From NCBI GenBank assembly GCA_016650445.1, contig JAENVS010000011.1, forward strand, positions 177,099 to 241,098: a DNA stretch of 64,000 nucleotides, given 5' to 3'. A program made the translations under genes and the position numbers. Of this stretch, positions 55,047-64,000 are shown piece by piece; position 1 is the stretch's first letter, and each line of letters opens with the position of its first letter. Under the pieces are notes generated by a model. It saw only the letters and a list, made by a program, of their open reading frames with translations, searched no databases and had not been told where the DNA came from. Source of the DNA: Frankiaceae bacterium (GTDB lineage: Bacteria > Actinomycetota > Actinomycetes > Mycobacteriales > SCTD01).

Positions 55047-55915
55047 GGCCGGCCGGGGAGCCACTCGCGCAGCCACTCCAGCAGCGGCGGCCCGAGGTCG
55101 TCGCGGTCGGCGGCCAGTTGGACGACCGCCTTGAGGTAGTCGAGCCGGTCGCCCGTGTCGTAGCGGCGGCCGCGGAAGACCACGCCGTGCACCGGCTCCA
55201 TCGAGATGAGCTCCTGCAGCGCGTCGGTCAGCTGGATCTCGCCGCCCCGCCCCGGCGGAGTAGCGCGCAGCACGGCGAAGACCGTCGGCGACAGGACGTA
55301 GCGACCGATGACCGCGAGGTTGCTCGGCGCCTCATCGACGGCGGGCTTCTCGATGAGGCCGGTGATGCGTACGACGTCGCCGGTCGCGTCCTCGACAGCG
55401 GCACAGCCGTACAGCGACACCGACTCCCGAGGCACCTCCATCAGGGCGACGACGCTGCCGCCCTCACGTTCCTGCACCGCGATCATCGTCTCGAGCAGCG
55501 GGTCGCGCGCGTCGATCAGGTCGTCGCCGAGCAGCACCGCGAACGGCTCGTCACCGACGTGCTGTGCGGCAGCGAGGACGGCGTGGCCCAGCCCCCGTGG
55601 ATCGCCCTGCCGCACGTAGTGGACAGTCGCGATCGCACTGGCCTGCTGCACGAGCGCGAGCTTGTCCTTGTCACCCTTCGCAGCCAGCGTCTCCTCGAGC
55701 TCGACCATCCGATCGAAGTGGTCCTCGAGTGGCTTCTTGTTGCGTCCGGTGACCAACAGCACGTCGTCGAGGCCGGCGCGGGCGGCCTCTTCCACGACGT
55801 ACTGGATCGCGGGCTTGTCGACGACCGGAAGCATCTCCTTCGGCGTCGCCTTGGTGGCCGGCAGGAAGCGCGTGCCGAGCCCGGCGGCCGGGATCACCGC
55901 CTTGGTCACTGCCAT
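55043..55915 (-). CDS. galU: UTP-glucose-1-phosphate uridylyltransferase
   Basis: KAVIPAAGLGTRFLPATKATPKEML, GLGHAV, EKP, GEIQLTDA. Confidence 0.96.
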   Translation of the reverse strand: MAVTKAVIPAAGLGTRFLPATKATPKEMLPVVDKPAIQYVVEEAARAGLDDVLLVTGRNKKPLEDHFDRMVELEETLAAKGDKDKLALVQQASAIATVHYVRQGDPRGLGHAVLAAAQHVGDEPFAVLLGDDLIDARDPLLETMIAVQEREGGSVVALMEVPRESVSLYGCAAVEDATGDVVRITGLIEKPAVDEAPSNLAVIGRYVLSPTVFAVLRATPPGRGGEIQLTDALQELISMEPVHGVVFRGRRYDTGDRLDYLKAVVQLAADRDDLGPPLLEWLREWLPGRP

Positions 55916-55925
55916 GTGTCCGACC

Positions 55926-57899
55926 CTAGTGCGGGGCGGTCTCCGCGGGCGCGGCAGTCGCGAGCCGCCAGGTGTCCCGACCGGCGTCCTTGGCCTCGTA
56001 GAGCGCCTCGTCGGCGCGGCGCAGCAGTGTGGACGAGCTCCCCCCGTGGGCCGGGAACACGGCCGCGCCGATGGAGACCGTGACCTCGATACCGTGCTGA
56101 CCGGGCTCGCCGAAGGGCCGGCGGCGGACAGCGTCGCAGATGCGCTCTGCGGCCTGCGCGGCACCGGGCTCGTCGGTCTCGGGCAGGATCACGACGACTT
56201 CCTCCCCGCCGTACCGGGCAACGGTGTCGACGTCACGCACTTGACTGCGCACCCGGGCGGCGAGCTCGACGAGGACCGCATCCCCGCGCTGGTGTCCGTA
56301 GGTGTCGTTGACGGCCTTGAACAGGTCGAGGTCGAGCATGAGCAGTGCGAGTGGTCGGCCGAAACGAGCCGAGCGCTCGATCTCCTTGCCGATCGTCATC
56401 GTGAAGTACCGGTAGTTCCACAGGCCGGTGAGCCCGTCGGTGATGGACAGCCGCCGCGCCTCGTCGTGCAGCAGCACGTTGTCGATCGCGACGGTTGCCT
56501 GACTGGCGAACGTGCGGATCGTCGCGAGGTCGCGCTGGTCGAACGTCTCCGCATCGAGTCGGTCGAACAGGTCGAGGACACCGATGACGGTTCCGGAGCT
56601 CTTGAGCGGCACGGCGATCACCGAGCCCCTTGCCGGCTCGCCAGGTGCAGGACGTAGCTGCCCCGCGCCATCTCCGAGTCGTCCCATCGCGATCTCACCG
56701 GTCTGAGCGACCCTGCCGGTCACGCCCTGCCCCGCAGGAAGTCGAAGGTCGGCGGGGACGCCGCGCTCCTCCACCCCGCGGGCCACCTCGAGCACGAGCT
56801 CGCTACGAGCCGCCCCGAACATGAGGACCATGCCGGCCTGCGCCCGCGTCGACGCCATCGCCGTCTCCAGGACCACGGTGAGGATGCGGGCGAGGTCGTG
56901 CGTGCTCGACAGCGTGTCGCCCAGGCGGGAGAGCCCGGCCTGCAGCTCGTCGCGACTGGCCTCCAGCGCCCGGACGTAGGTGCGCAGGTCCTCGGTCATG
57001 TCGTTGAACGTCTCGGCGAGCCGGCCCACTTCGTCGCGGGATCGCACCTCGATCGCCGTGTCCAGGTCTCCGGACGCGATCCGCGCGGCCGCCTCGCCGA
57101 GCGCCTCGAGCGGACGGGTGGTGGCCCGCGCGAGCAGCCAGGCGATCCCGGCGGCGAGCAGCACCGCACCCAGCAGGACCGCGACGGTCAGCGCCAACAG
57201 GCCCGGGCCCCGGGCCTGAGGCAGCGCGACGACCACGGTGTACGGCTGCCCTTCCCGTGCGGGTGACAGCACCGCGACCTGGGCGCTCGCGCGGCTCACC
57301 TGCTCCGGCGACTCGACCAGCCCGGGCACCAGGTCGGCGGGCAGCCGCCCGCTGCTGGCGACGACCCGGCTGCCGACGAGCAGAGCCACCTGACCCGTCC
57401 CGACCGCGGCCTGCAGCCGCCGAGCGAGCGCGGTGTCGACGCGATACGACGCCAGAGCACGGCCAGCATCCGCACCCGATGCCGCGTTGAGCTGAACCGC
57501 CGCGGTAAGGAACGGCTCGGTCCCCGGGACCCCGGTGACGCAGTCGCCTGCGGCGGCGGTGGTCGGTGCCGTCCCGGCTGCGGCAACGGTTGCTCCGGAC
57601 GGCGAGCTCACCCGCACACCGTCGGCGAGCCCGCGCTGAACCAGGTCGGCGACGGCCCGGGCACCCGCCGGACCGGGAGCCCCGGACCACGCACGGCCGG
57701 CAGCCTCCGCGGTCGCCCGGGCCCGGTCGCAGTACCCCGCCAGGACGGTCGCGACGAGGCGGGCGCTGGCCGTCGCGGTCTCGCCCTGCCGGGTGGCGTT
57801 GGCGCGAGGGAAGGCTCGCGTCACGAGCAGCCCGCCGACCAGCAGCGGCACGAGGACGACGACGACGAAGGCAGCGGTCAGGCGAGTACGCAGCGTCAC
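55926..57899 (-). CDS. membrane diguanylate cyclase (HAMP-GAF-GGDEF)
   Basis: Two TM helices, HAMP (DEVGRLAETFNDM), GAF, DLDLFKAVNDTYGH, RDVD I-site, RYGGEEV. Confidence 0.92.
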   Translation of the reverse strand: MTLRTRLTAAFVVVVLVPLLVGGLLVTRAFPRANATRQGETATASARLVATVLAGYCDRARATAEAAGRAWSGAPGPAGARAVADLVQRGLADGVRVSSPSGATVAAAGTAPTTAAAGDCVTGVPGTEPFLTAAVQLNAASGADAGRALASYRVDTALARRLQAAVGTGQVALLVGSRVVASSGRLPADLVPGLVESPEQVSRASAQVAVLSPAREGQPYTVVVALPQARGPGLLALTVAVLLGAVLLAAGIAWLLARATTRPLEALGEAAARIASGDLDTAIEVRSRDEVGRLAETFNDMTEDLRTYVRALEASRDELQAGLSRLGDTLSSTHDLARILTVVLETAMASTRAQAGMVLMFGAARSELVLEVARGVEERGVPADLRLPAGQGVTGRVAQTGEIAMGRLGDGAGQLRPAPGEPARGSVIAVPLKSSGTVIGVLDLFDRLDAETFDQRDLATIRTFASQATVAIDNVLLHDEARRLSITDGLTGLWNYRYFTMTIGKEIERSARFGRPLALLMLDLDLFKAVNDTYGHQRGDAVLVELAARVRSQVRDVDTVARYGGEEVVVILPETDEPGAAQAAERICDAVRRRPFGEPGQHGIEVTVSIGAAVFPAHGGSSSTLLRRADEALYEAKDAGRDTWRLATAAPAETAPH

Positions 57900-57948
57900 G
57901 CCGTCCCGTCCCTCCGAATCGTCATGCCCGTCCTGGAATGCTCGCACG

Positions 57949-58446
57949 ATGCAGCCGAAGGAGTCTCTCCGCTCAGCCGCGCTGTCGCGTCGCGCTGCCA
58001 TGTCGGCGGCCGAGCGTGAGCAAGCCGGCATCGCCCTCGTGGCGGCGCTGCGCGACCTCGTCCAGCACGCAGAACGCGTCGCGGCCTACGTCCCGTTCGG
58101 CTCGGAGCCACCGATCACCGCCATCCTCGGCGAGCGCGAGGACATCCTGATCCCGGTGCTCCTGCCCGACAACGACCTCGAGTGGAGCACGGGTGACGTG
58201 TTGCACGGACCGGACGCGATCGCGGGATGCGACGTCGTACTCGTCCCGGCTCTCGCAGTCGACCGGCACGGCAACCGACTCGGGCGCGGCGGCGGGTCGT
58301 ACGACCGCGCGTTGCGACGCGCGACCGGGGTGACGATCGCGGTGCTGTACGACGGTGAGTGGGTGGAGCAGCTGCCGGCTGAGGCGCACGACACGCGCGT
58401 GGGCGCCGTCGTCATGCCGTCGACCGGGCTGGTCCGGCTCGGCTAG
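57949..58446 (+). CDS. 5-formyltetrahydrofolate cyclo-ligase
   Basis: KESLRS, VPALAVD..GNRLGRGGGSYDRAL, EAHD. Confidence 0.92.
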   Translation: MQPKESLRSAALSRRAAMSAAEREQAGIALVAALRDLVQHAERVAAYVPFGSEPPITAILGEREDILIPVLLPDNDLEWSTGDVLHGPDAIAGCDVVLVPALAVDRHGNRLGRGGGSYDRALRRATGVTIAVLYDGEWVEQLPAEAHDTRVGAVVMPSTGLVRLG

Positions 58447-61400
58447 GACGCGGGGTACTCGGCCACCACCAGTGCCAGGTCGTCACCGAGGCTGCCTCCG
58501 ACGATCACGCGAAGCTCACCGAGGATGCGGCTGAGCACTCCGGCGATCGGACCGCCGTCGCCGAGTGGGCCGATGACGTCGTCGAGCGGGACGAAGGCAC
58601 CCGCCGGGTCGCGCGCCTCGAGGATGCCGTCCGTGTAGAGGAGCAGCCGGGCCCCCGGCTGCAGCTGGACCGTGACCGGCTGGGGGTCCGCGCCGAGCCC
58701 GAGCGGCAGGCTGTCCGCCGCACCCACCGGACGGATCACGACGCCATCCGCGAGCATGGCCGGCGGGTGCCCGCAGGTGACGATCGAGCAGAGCCCGTCG
58801 GGAGTGATCTCGGCCATCACGGCGGTGACGAAGTCCTCGTCGCCGAGGTAGGGCCGGAGCCGGTCGTCGACGCGTCGCGCGAGCATCCCGAGATCTGCGC
58901 AGTCGACCGCCGCGGAGCGGAAGTGGCCGAGGACAACGGTCGCCATCCGGACCGCCTCCAAGCCCTTCCCACGGACGTCTCCGATCAGGATGCGGACGGC
59001 GCCCTCGCGCTCGACCGCCTCGTACAGGTCTCCGCCGACGAGGGCGTCGCGCGCTGCGCTCACGTAGGCAGCAGCCAGGGACACCGGTCCGAGCCGCTCG
59101 GGCATCGGGGCGAGGATCGCGTGCTGGGCCGCCTCGGCGACGCGGGTGATCGCCGCCAGCTGCCCGCTCTGGTGGCTGTACGCCTGGGCGTTCTCCACCG
59201 CGACCGCGGCGCGGGCGGCGAGGTCCTCGGCGAACGACAAGTCGGCCGCGTCGTAGACGCGGCCGCTCTCCGCACCGATCAGCGTCAACGCACCGAAGGT
59301 CCCGGCCCGGCCGGTCAACGGCACGACGAGGCCGCTGCGGATGTGCAAGGACCGGAGGAGCTGCAGGTGCTCGTCGTCGACAGCAGAGCTCGCGAGCCGC
59401 TCGTCGCTGACGGTGGTGTACAGCTCGCTGACCCCTGCACGGATGACATGCGGTACGCCGGCCGATGCGTCAGGGTCGGCCGGGTAGTGCTCACGGAGGC
59501 GTTGCGCGAAGGCGATCCTCTCAGGGTCCGAGTGCATGACCGCGACGGCCTTCACCTCACCGTCCTCGAGGATGTCGACGGAGGCCCAGTCGGCCAGTCC
59601 CGGCACGACCAGCCGGGCGAGCGTCGACAGGGTCTCGCGAACGTCCAGCGTGCGCCCGAGCTCGGCAGAGGCGTGTGCCAGGAAGGCGAGCCGGTCCGTC
59701 GCGATGCGGCTCTTCTCGAGTGCCCGGGCGCGGTCGACGGCCTGTGCGCAGGTGTCGGCGAGGGCCGACAGGAACCGCAGGCCGGTCTGGTCGAACTCGT
59801 GCGGGCGCGGGAAGCTCAGCGAGAAGACGCCGAGGCGCCGCGCACCGAGCGACACCGGGACGCAGACCAGGCTGCGGTCCGCAGAGGTCTGCCCGGCCAG
59901 CAACGGGAAGCGACGCTCCATCTCCTCCAAGCTCGCAACGATGACCGGTGCGTTGGTCCGCACCGCCTCGCTGGCGGGCAGCTGCGCCGCAACCGGGAAG
60001 GTGTGCCATCGCTCGGCCGCCACCGCGCCGAGCCCGTGCGACCCGACGACCTCCAACGTGTCGTCGTCGACGAGGAGGCAGAACGACGTCAGCTCCGCTC
60101 CGACGGCGTCGCCGGCGTGGCTGATGACGATGTCGGAGATCTCACGCGCGTCCGCGGCACCGCTGAGGGCAGCCGTCACCTGCTGGAGGCGGGCCAGCCG
60201 CTGGGCGATGTCCTCCGCCTGGGCCCGGGCCTGCCGCTCCCCCTCGTAGAGCATGGTCCGCTCGAGCGCCTGCGCCGTCTGCGCGGCGAGGGCCGCGATG
60301 AAGGCCCGCTCGTCTGCGTCGAACAGCTGCGCGGTGTCGAAGCTGAACCGCAGCGCGCCGAGAACCCGGCCGGTGCCGCTGAGGGGCACGGCGCAGACCG
60401 CCATCGTCTGCGGCTCGAGCTCTGCCAGGCCGGGGAAGTGCTCGTCGCGTGCCTGCCGCGACTCGACCCACACGGCTTCACCGGTGCGGATGGCCCGCGC
60501 CGCCGGCAGGTCGGCGTCCGACGGCTCACTCCGGAGCAGCGTCACGAGGCCGATCGGGTAGCCGATCGCGCCGGGCACGGACAGGCTGCCGTCCGGCTGC
60601 GCCAGCAGCAGCCCGCCGCCTGCAGCACCGAGGACCGCCAAGCCGGCCGAAAGGACGACCTCGGCGACGTCCTCCTCGGTGGCGGCGCTCGCGAGCCGTG
60701 CGGTCACCGCCTGCAGCCGGGCAGCGCGGGCGCTGGCTCGCTGGGCCGCGGCCACCGTGCCGAGCTCGTCGAGGAGGCGCTGCTCGAAGGTGGGCGGCCG
60801 TTCGGCCGATCCACCCGAGGCCGCACGGCGAACCTGGTCGACCAGCGCGCCGACGTACCACTGGCGGAACACGCGGTGCTGCGGCGGCGTCTCCAGCGTC
60901 AGCAGTCGGGCGTCGCGAGCGTAGGCGTCCGCCACGTCGAGCGCGGCGAGGTAGTTCTCCCCCGCTTCGACGGCCGACAGCGACAGCGTGACCGTGAGGT
61001 CGGTGCGCTCGTCGCCGCGGTTCGCCGCGGCGATCGCCTGTCGCTTGACGGCGTAGCGGGCGGCAGCGAAGCGGTGCACGACCGTGTCGATCATCCGGGC
61101 GAGGTCCTCAGGGACTGTCGCGGTGTGACCCGAGGCCTCCCCCGCCGACGCCAGCGCGAACTCGCGCACGAGGTTGTCGACGTGCGCCTTCGCAGAGATC
61201 AGCAGTTCGGTCGGGACGTCTCCGAGCGCGACCGTGTAGGTCGGCTCGTGGTCGGCGTCGTCCGCCCACGCGGCGAGCACGCTGTCGACGTCGAGGTCGT
61301 CCTGGCTGTCCAGCTCCGCTCTCGGCGCGAGCTCGCACCAGACGGACTTGCCATCGGGCAGCTGGTCCACGCCCCAGCGCGCCGAGATCGCCTCGACGAG

Positions 61401-61730
61401 CGCGATCCCGCGACCGGTCATGGTGTCCATCGTGGCGAACGGCCGCACCGGGCTCAGCCGGCTGCCGTCGTGCGCCTCCACCCGGACGCCGCCGGGTATC
61501 GGGGCGACTGCCAGCTCCAGGGGCGGTACGCCGTGCAGCACGGCATTGCTGACCAGCTCCGACACCGCGAGTGCCGCGTCGTCGGCGAGGTCCGGCAGCT
61601 GCCACGACCGGATGAGTTCGACGGCGAACCGCCGGGCCATCGAGACCGCGGCGACGTCGTCGGCCAGCGGCATCGCGCGCCGCTGCGGGACGGCCGGATC
61701 AGCTGCGCTGCCCGCGTCCTGCACCGTCAT
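58443..61730 (-). CDS. RsbW-like kinase - GAF x3 - SpoIIE/PP2C phosphatase hybrid
   Basis: SELVSNAVLHG, GRGIALV, GKSVWCE at N-terminus; three GAF-like repeats; VGGDLYE, IGDVRGKG, YTDGILEAR, DDLA. Confidence 0.9.
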   Translation of the reverse strand: MTVQDAGSAADPAVPQRRAMPLADDVAAVSMARRFAVELIRSWQLPDLADDAALAVSELVSNAVLHGVPPLELAVAPIPGGVRVEAHDGSRLSPVRPFATMDTMTGRGIALVEAISARWGVDQLPDGKSVWCELAPRAELDSQDDLDVDSVLAAWADDADHEPTYTVALGDVPTELLISAKAHVDNLVREFALASAGEASGHTATVPEDLARMIDTVVHRFAAARYAVKRQAIAAANRGDERTDLTVTLSLSAVEAGENYLAALDVADAYARDARLLTLETPPQHRVFRQWYVGALVDQVRRAASGGSAERPPTFEQRLLDELGTVAAAQRASARAARLQAVTARLASAATEEDVAEVVLSAGLAVLGAAGGGLLLAQPDGSLSVPGAIGYPIGLVTLLRSEPSDADLPAARAIRTGEAVWVESRQARDEHFPGLAELEPQTMAVCAVPLSGTGRVLGALRFSFDTAQLFDADERAFIAALAAQTAQALERTMLYEGERQARAQAEDIAQRLARLQQVTAALSGAADAREISDIVISHAGDAVGAELTSFCLLVDDDTLEVVGSHGLGAVAAERWHTFPVAAQLPASEAVRTNAPVIVASLEEMERRFPLLAGQTSADRSLVCVPVSLGARRLGVFSLSFPRPHEFDQTGLRFLSALADTCAQAVDRARALEKSRIATDRLAFLAHASAELGRTLDVRETLSTLARLVVPGLADWASVDILEDGEVKAVAVMHSDPERIAFAQRLREHYPADPDASAGVPHVIRAGVSELYTTVSDERLASSAVDDEHLQLLRSLHIRSGLVVPLTGRAGTFGALTLIGAESGRVYDAADLSFAEDLAARAAVAVENAQAYSHQSGQLAAITRVAEAAQHAILAPMPERLGPVSLAAAYVSAARDALVGGDLYEAVEREGAVRILIGDVRGKGLEAVRMATVVLGHFRSAAVDCADLGMLARRVDDRLRPYLGDEDFVTAVMAEITPDGLCSIVTCGHPPAMLADGVVIRPVGAADSLPLGLGADPQPVTVQLQPGARLLLYTDGILEARDPAGAFVPLDDVIGPLGDGGPIAGVLSRILGELRVIVGGSLGDDLALVVAEYPAS

Positions 61731-61799
61731 CACCCCCACGCCGCCGCCAGCGGGTCTTCAGTGTGCACGCCGAACGACTGCGGGCAGCGCCGACTCGCG

Positions 61800-61943
61800 T
61801 CAGTAGTAGCGGCGGCGGGTCCCGCCCACGGGAACGAAGTTCAGGACGAGCCCGACGACGAGCAGGACCAGGCCGATCACGAACAGGATGTTGATGCTCG
61901 CCAGCAGACCGATGAGAAGCAGGATGATTCCGAGCACGACCAT
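61800..61943 (-). CDS. small membrane protein (DUF6131-like)
   Basis: GAAGGAG RBS; MVVLGIILLLIG...VGGTRRRYY. Confidence 0.8.
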   Translation of the reverse strand: MVVLGIILLLIGLLASINILFVIGLVLLVVGLVLNFVPVGGTRRRYY

Positions 61944-62165
61944 GGTGGTGTCTCCTTCGCACCGCCCCGGCGGCGGATCGGGATGATCTTTCCCCCTGAC
62001 ACGCTCGCCGAACCTCGTCGGGCCCGAGGTCACCCGTTCGACGTACACGTGTTTGACCGAGGGGACGGCGGGACCGGCACTGCGCGACCGCTGTCGTGCG
62101 ACCGAAGCGTCTGATCTGGACAAACAGCCCTCGTGCTGGACGCCGGCAGGCGCCGTACCGCACAA

Positions 62166-62192
62166 TTGGCACTCAGCCCGTGTGAGTGCCAG
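62166..62192 (+). promoter_or_regulatory. CIRCE element (HrcA operator)
   Basis: TTGGCACTC-N9-GAGTGCCAG matches TTAGCACTC-N9-GAGTGCTAA. Confidence 0.85.
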
Positions 62193-62203
62193 GAGGACGG
62201 CTC

Positions 62204-62539
62204 GTGCCGACGTATCAGTACGCATGCACCGCCTGCGGCGAGCAGCTCGAGGCGGTGCAGTCGTTCACGGACGCGGCGCTGACCGAGTGCCCCGCGTGCG
62301 GCGGCGCGCTGCGCAAGGTCTTCTCCGCGGTCGGCGTGGTCTTCAAGGGCTCCGGCTTCTACAAGACCGACAGCCGCAAGCGCACGACCGACGACGGCGG
62401 CGGCGGCGAGAAGAAGACCGACGCCGGGAAGAAGGAGACCTCCGCGGGCACGGACAGCGCGCCGAAGTCGGAGAGCAAGAGCAGCGACAGCAAGGCAACG
62501 CCGAGCACGTCCAGCACCCCGGCGGCCAAGTCCGCCTGA
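62204..62539 (+). CDS. FmdB family zinc-ribbon protein (Rv0991c/Ruc-like)
   Basis: MPTYQYACTACG...CPACGG...FKGSGFYKTDSR with low-complexity tail; GGAGG RBS. Confidence 0.92.
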   Translation: MPTYQYACTACGEQLEAVQSFTDAALTECPACGGALRKVFSAVGVVFKGSGFYKTDSRKRTTDDGGGGEKKTDAGKKETSAGTDSAPKSESKSSDSKATPSTSSTPAAKSA

Positions 62540-62634
62540 CGGCTGTGGACGGCCGGGCCCGCTGTGGGCGCCGGCTGCCTCCCGCTCGGCCGGCGCCCTA
62601 GTCTCGGCGCCGTCGATCGCAGGGGGTGCAGCGC

Positions 62635-63435
62635 ATGACGGACGCCGACATCGGCGTGATCGGCGGCTCCGGTCTCTACGCACTGCTCGACGACGCGACC
62701 GAGCTGACGGTGGACACGCCCTACGGACCGCCGAGCGACCCGCTCGTCGTCGGTGACCTCGCCGGCCGGCGCGTCGCGTTCGTCCCACGGCACGGGCGCG
62801 ACCACCGGTTTCCCCCGCACCGCATCCCGTACCGCGCCAACCTGTGGGCGCTGCGCAGCCTCGGTGTCAGCCAGGTGCTGGCGCCGTGCGCCGTCGGCAG
62901 CCTGAGCGCGGTCTGCCCAGCGGGCACCCTGGTCGTCCCGGACCAGCTCGTCGACCGCACCTCCGGTCGATCACAGACCTTCCACGACGAGGGCGCGGTG
63001 CACGTCTCGTTCGCCGACCCCTACTGCCCGACCGGGCGCGCCGTCGCGGTGGCGGTCGCGGCAGCCGCGGGCTGGGTGGTGGTCGACGGCGGCACCATCG
63101 TCGTCGTCGAGGGACCGCGCTTCTCCACGCGAGCGGAGTCGCAGTGGTTCGCGGCCCAAGGCTGGAGCGTTGTCAACATGACTGCCCACCCGGAGGCGGC
63201 GCTCGCGCGCGAGCTCGCGCTCTGCTACACGACGATCGCCCTCGTCACCGATCTCGACGCGGGTGTCGCAGAAGCCGCCGCGGTGACGCAGGAGGAGGTC
63301 TTCAGGGTGTTCGCGAGCAACACCGCGCGGCTTCGCGAGCTCCTGCACGACATCGTCGGCGCGCTGCCGACCGCGCCCGAGTGCTCCTGCCGACAGTCGC
63401 TCGACGGCACCGACGTCCGGCTCCAGCTGCCATGA
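62635..63435 (+). CDS. mtnP: S-methyl-5'-thioadenosine phosphorylase
   Basis: IGVIGGSG, TPYG, PRHG, YRAN, EGPRFSTRAES, VTDLD. Confidence 0.93.
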   Translation: MTDADIGVIGGSGLYALLDDATELTVDTPYGPPSDPLVVGDLAGRRVAFVPRHGRDHRFPPHRIPYRANLWALRSLGVSQVLAPCAVGSLSAVCPAGTLVVPDQLVDRTSGRSQTFHDEGAVHVSFADPYCPTGRAVAVAVAAAAGWVVVDGGTIVVVEGPRFSTRAESQWFAAQGWSVVNMTAHPEAALARELALCYTTIALVTDLDAGVAEAAAVTQEEVFRVFASNTARLRELLHDIVGALPTAPECSCRQSLDGTDVRLQLP

Positions 63436-64000
63436 CACCGATCACTGCCCAGGACGTGCGCCGCGCGGTCAGCCGGCATCGCGCGCTGCTCGCCGCGGGT
63501 TTCGCGGCGGGCGCGGTCGCGTCGGCGCTGGGAGTCCTCGCGCCCGAACGCCAAGCCGGGGTCGCCGTGCTGACCGCGGCACGCGACCTCGCGGCCGGCA
63601 CAGCGCTGTCATCGGCAGACCTGCGTGCCGTCGAGATGCCGCAGGCGCTCGTGCCTGCGGGCGCTCTGCTCGCGGCCACGGCCACCGCGGGCCGGGTCCT
63701 TGCCGCACCGGTGCGTCGTGGGGAGGCTCTGACCGACGTCCGGCTCGCCGGAGCCGGTCTGCTCGCCCCGGGCACCGTCGGGCTGCTCGCCGTGCCGATC
63801 CGCATCGCCGACGCCGCCAGCGCGGCGCTCGTCACCGCCGGCGACCGCGTCGACGTGCTGGCCGCCGCGTCGTCCGGCGGACCGCCTGCGGCGCGGGTCG
63901 TCGCTGCCGACGCGGAGGTGCTCGCGGTCCCGACCGCCGTAGCCGACTCCGGTGACGGCGCCTTGATCGTCGTGGCCACCACCCCGACCGTCGCAGCCAC
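63432..64000 (+). CDS. SAF-domain/RcpC-like protein (partial, runs off window)
   Basis: Not in ORF track; ATGA overlap; MTPITAQDVRRAVSRHRALLAAG...VLTAARDLAAG...GRVLAAPVRRGEALTDVRL...GDRVDVL. Confidence 0.85.
   Translation, partial: MTPITAQDVRRAVSRHRALLAAGFAAGAVASALGVLAPERQAGVAVLTAARDLAAGTALSSADLRAVEMPQALVPAGALLAATATAGRVLAAPVRRGEALTDVRLAGAGLLAPGTVGLLAVPIRIADAASAALVTAGDRVDVLAAASSGGPPAARVVAADAEVLAVPTAVADSGDGALIVVATTPTVAA

Noticed and set aside
62041-62056. Possible LexA box ACGTAC-ACGT-GTTTGA
   Set aside because: Three mismatches to TCGAAC-N4-GTTCGA and no SOS-type gene adjacent

Overview
High-GC actinobacterial chromosomal segment (gene order resembles the Frankia/Geodermatophilus/Mycobacterium core: cbs-metB, ppx-DUF501-ftsB-eno-mazG-mfd, pth-rplY-prs-glmU-tRNA-Gln, ispE-rsmA-rpfB-tatD-metG-rsmI-pmt, tRNA-Ala-glpR-rimJ-mog-moaC-moeA-galU, FmdB-MTAP-SAF). 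About 60 CDS, 3 tRNAs (Leu-TAA, Gln-TTG, Ala-CGC), no rRNA, CRISPR array or intact transposase. Most notable: an unannotated 7-codon micro-ORF (MRAAGWN; strong GGAGG RBS, candidate promoter, 21-bp terminator) converging on a translationally coupled MFS transporter plus membrane GAF-GGDEF(degenerate)-EAL operon, a candidate peptide-signalling to c-di-GMP system. Also: two putative free-standing homing endonuclease genes (HNH and LAGLIDADG-like) each ending 6-9 nt upstream of an atypical tRNA gene; an HTH-nucleotidyltransferase-like insert with a perfect palindrome inside the cbs-metB operon; a VOC/CGNR deletion scar; an IS481-type end at tRNA-Ala beside a copper-resistance cluster; and several candidate operators (CIRCE, CsoR, desaturase palindrome, MtrA-like, PafBC-like). 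All family calls are from motif recognition by eye, not database searches.
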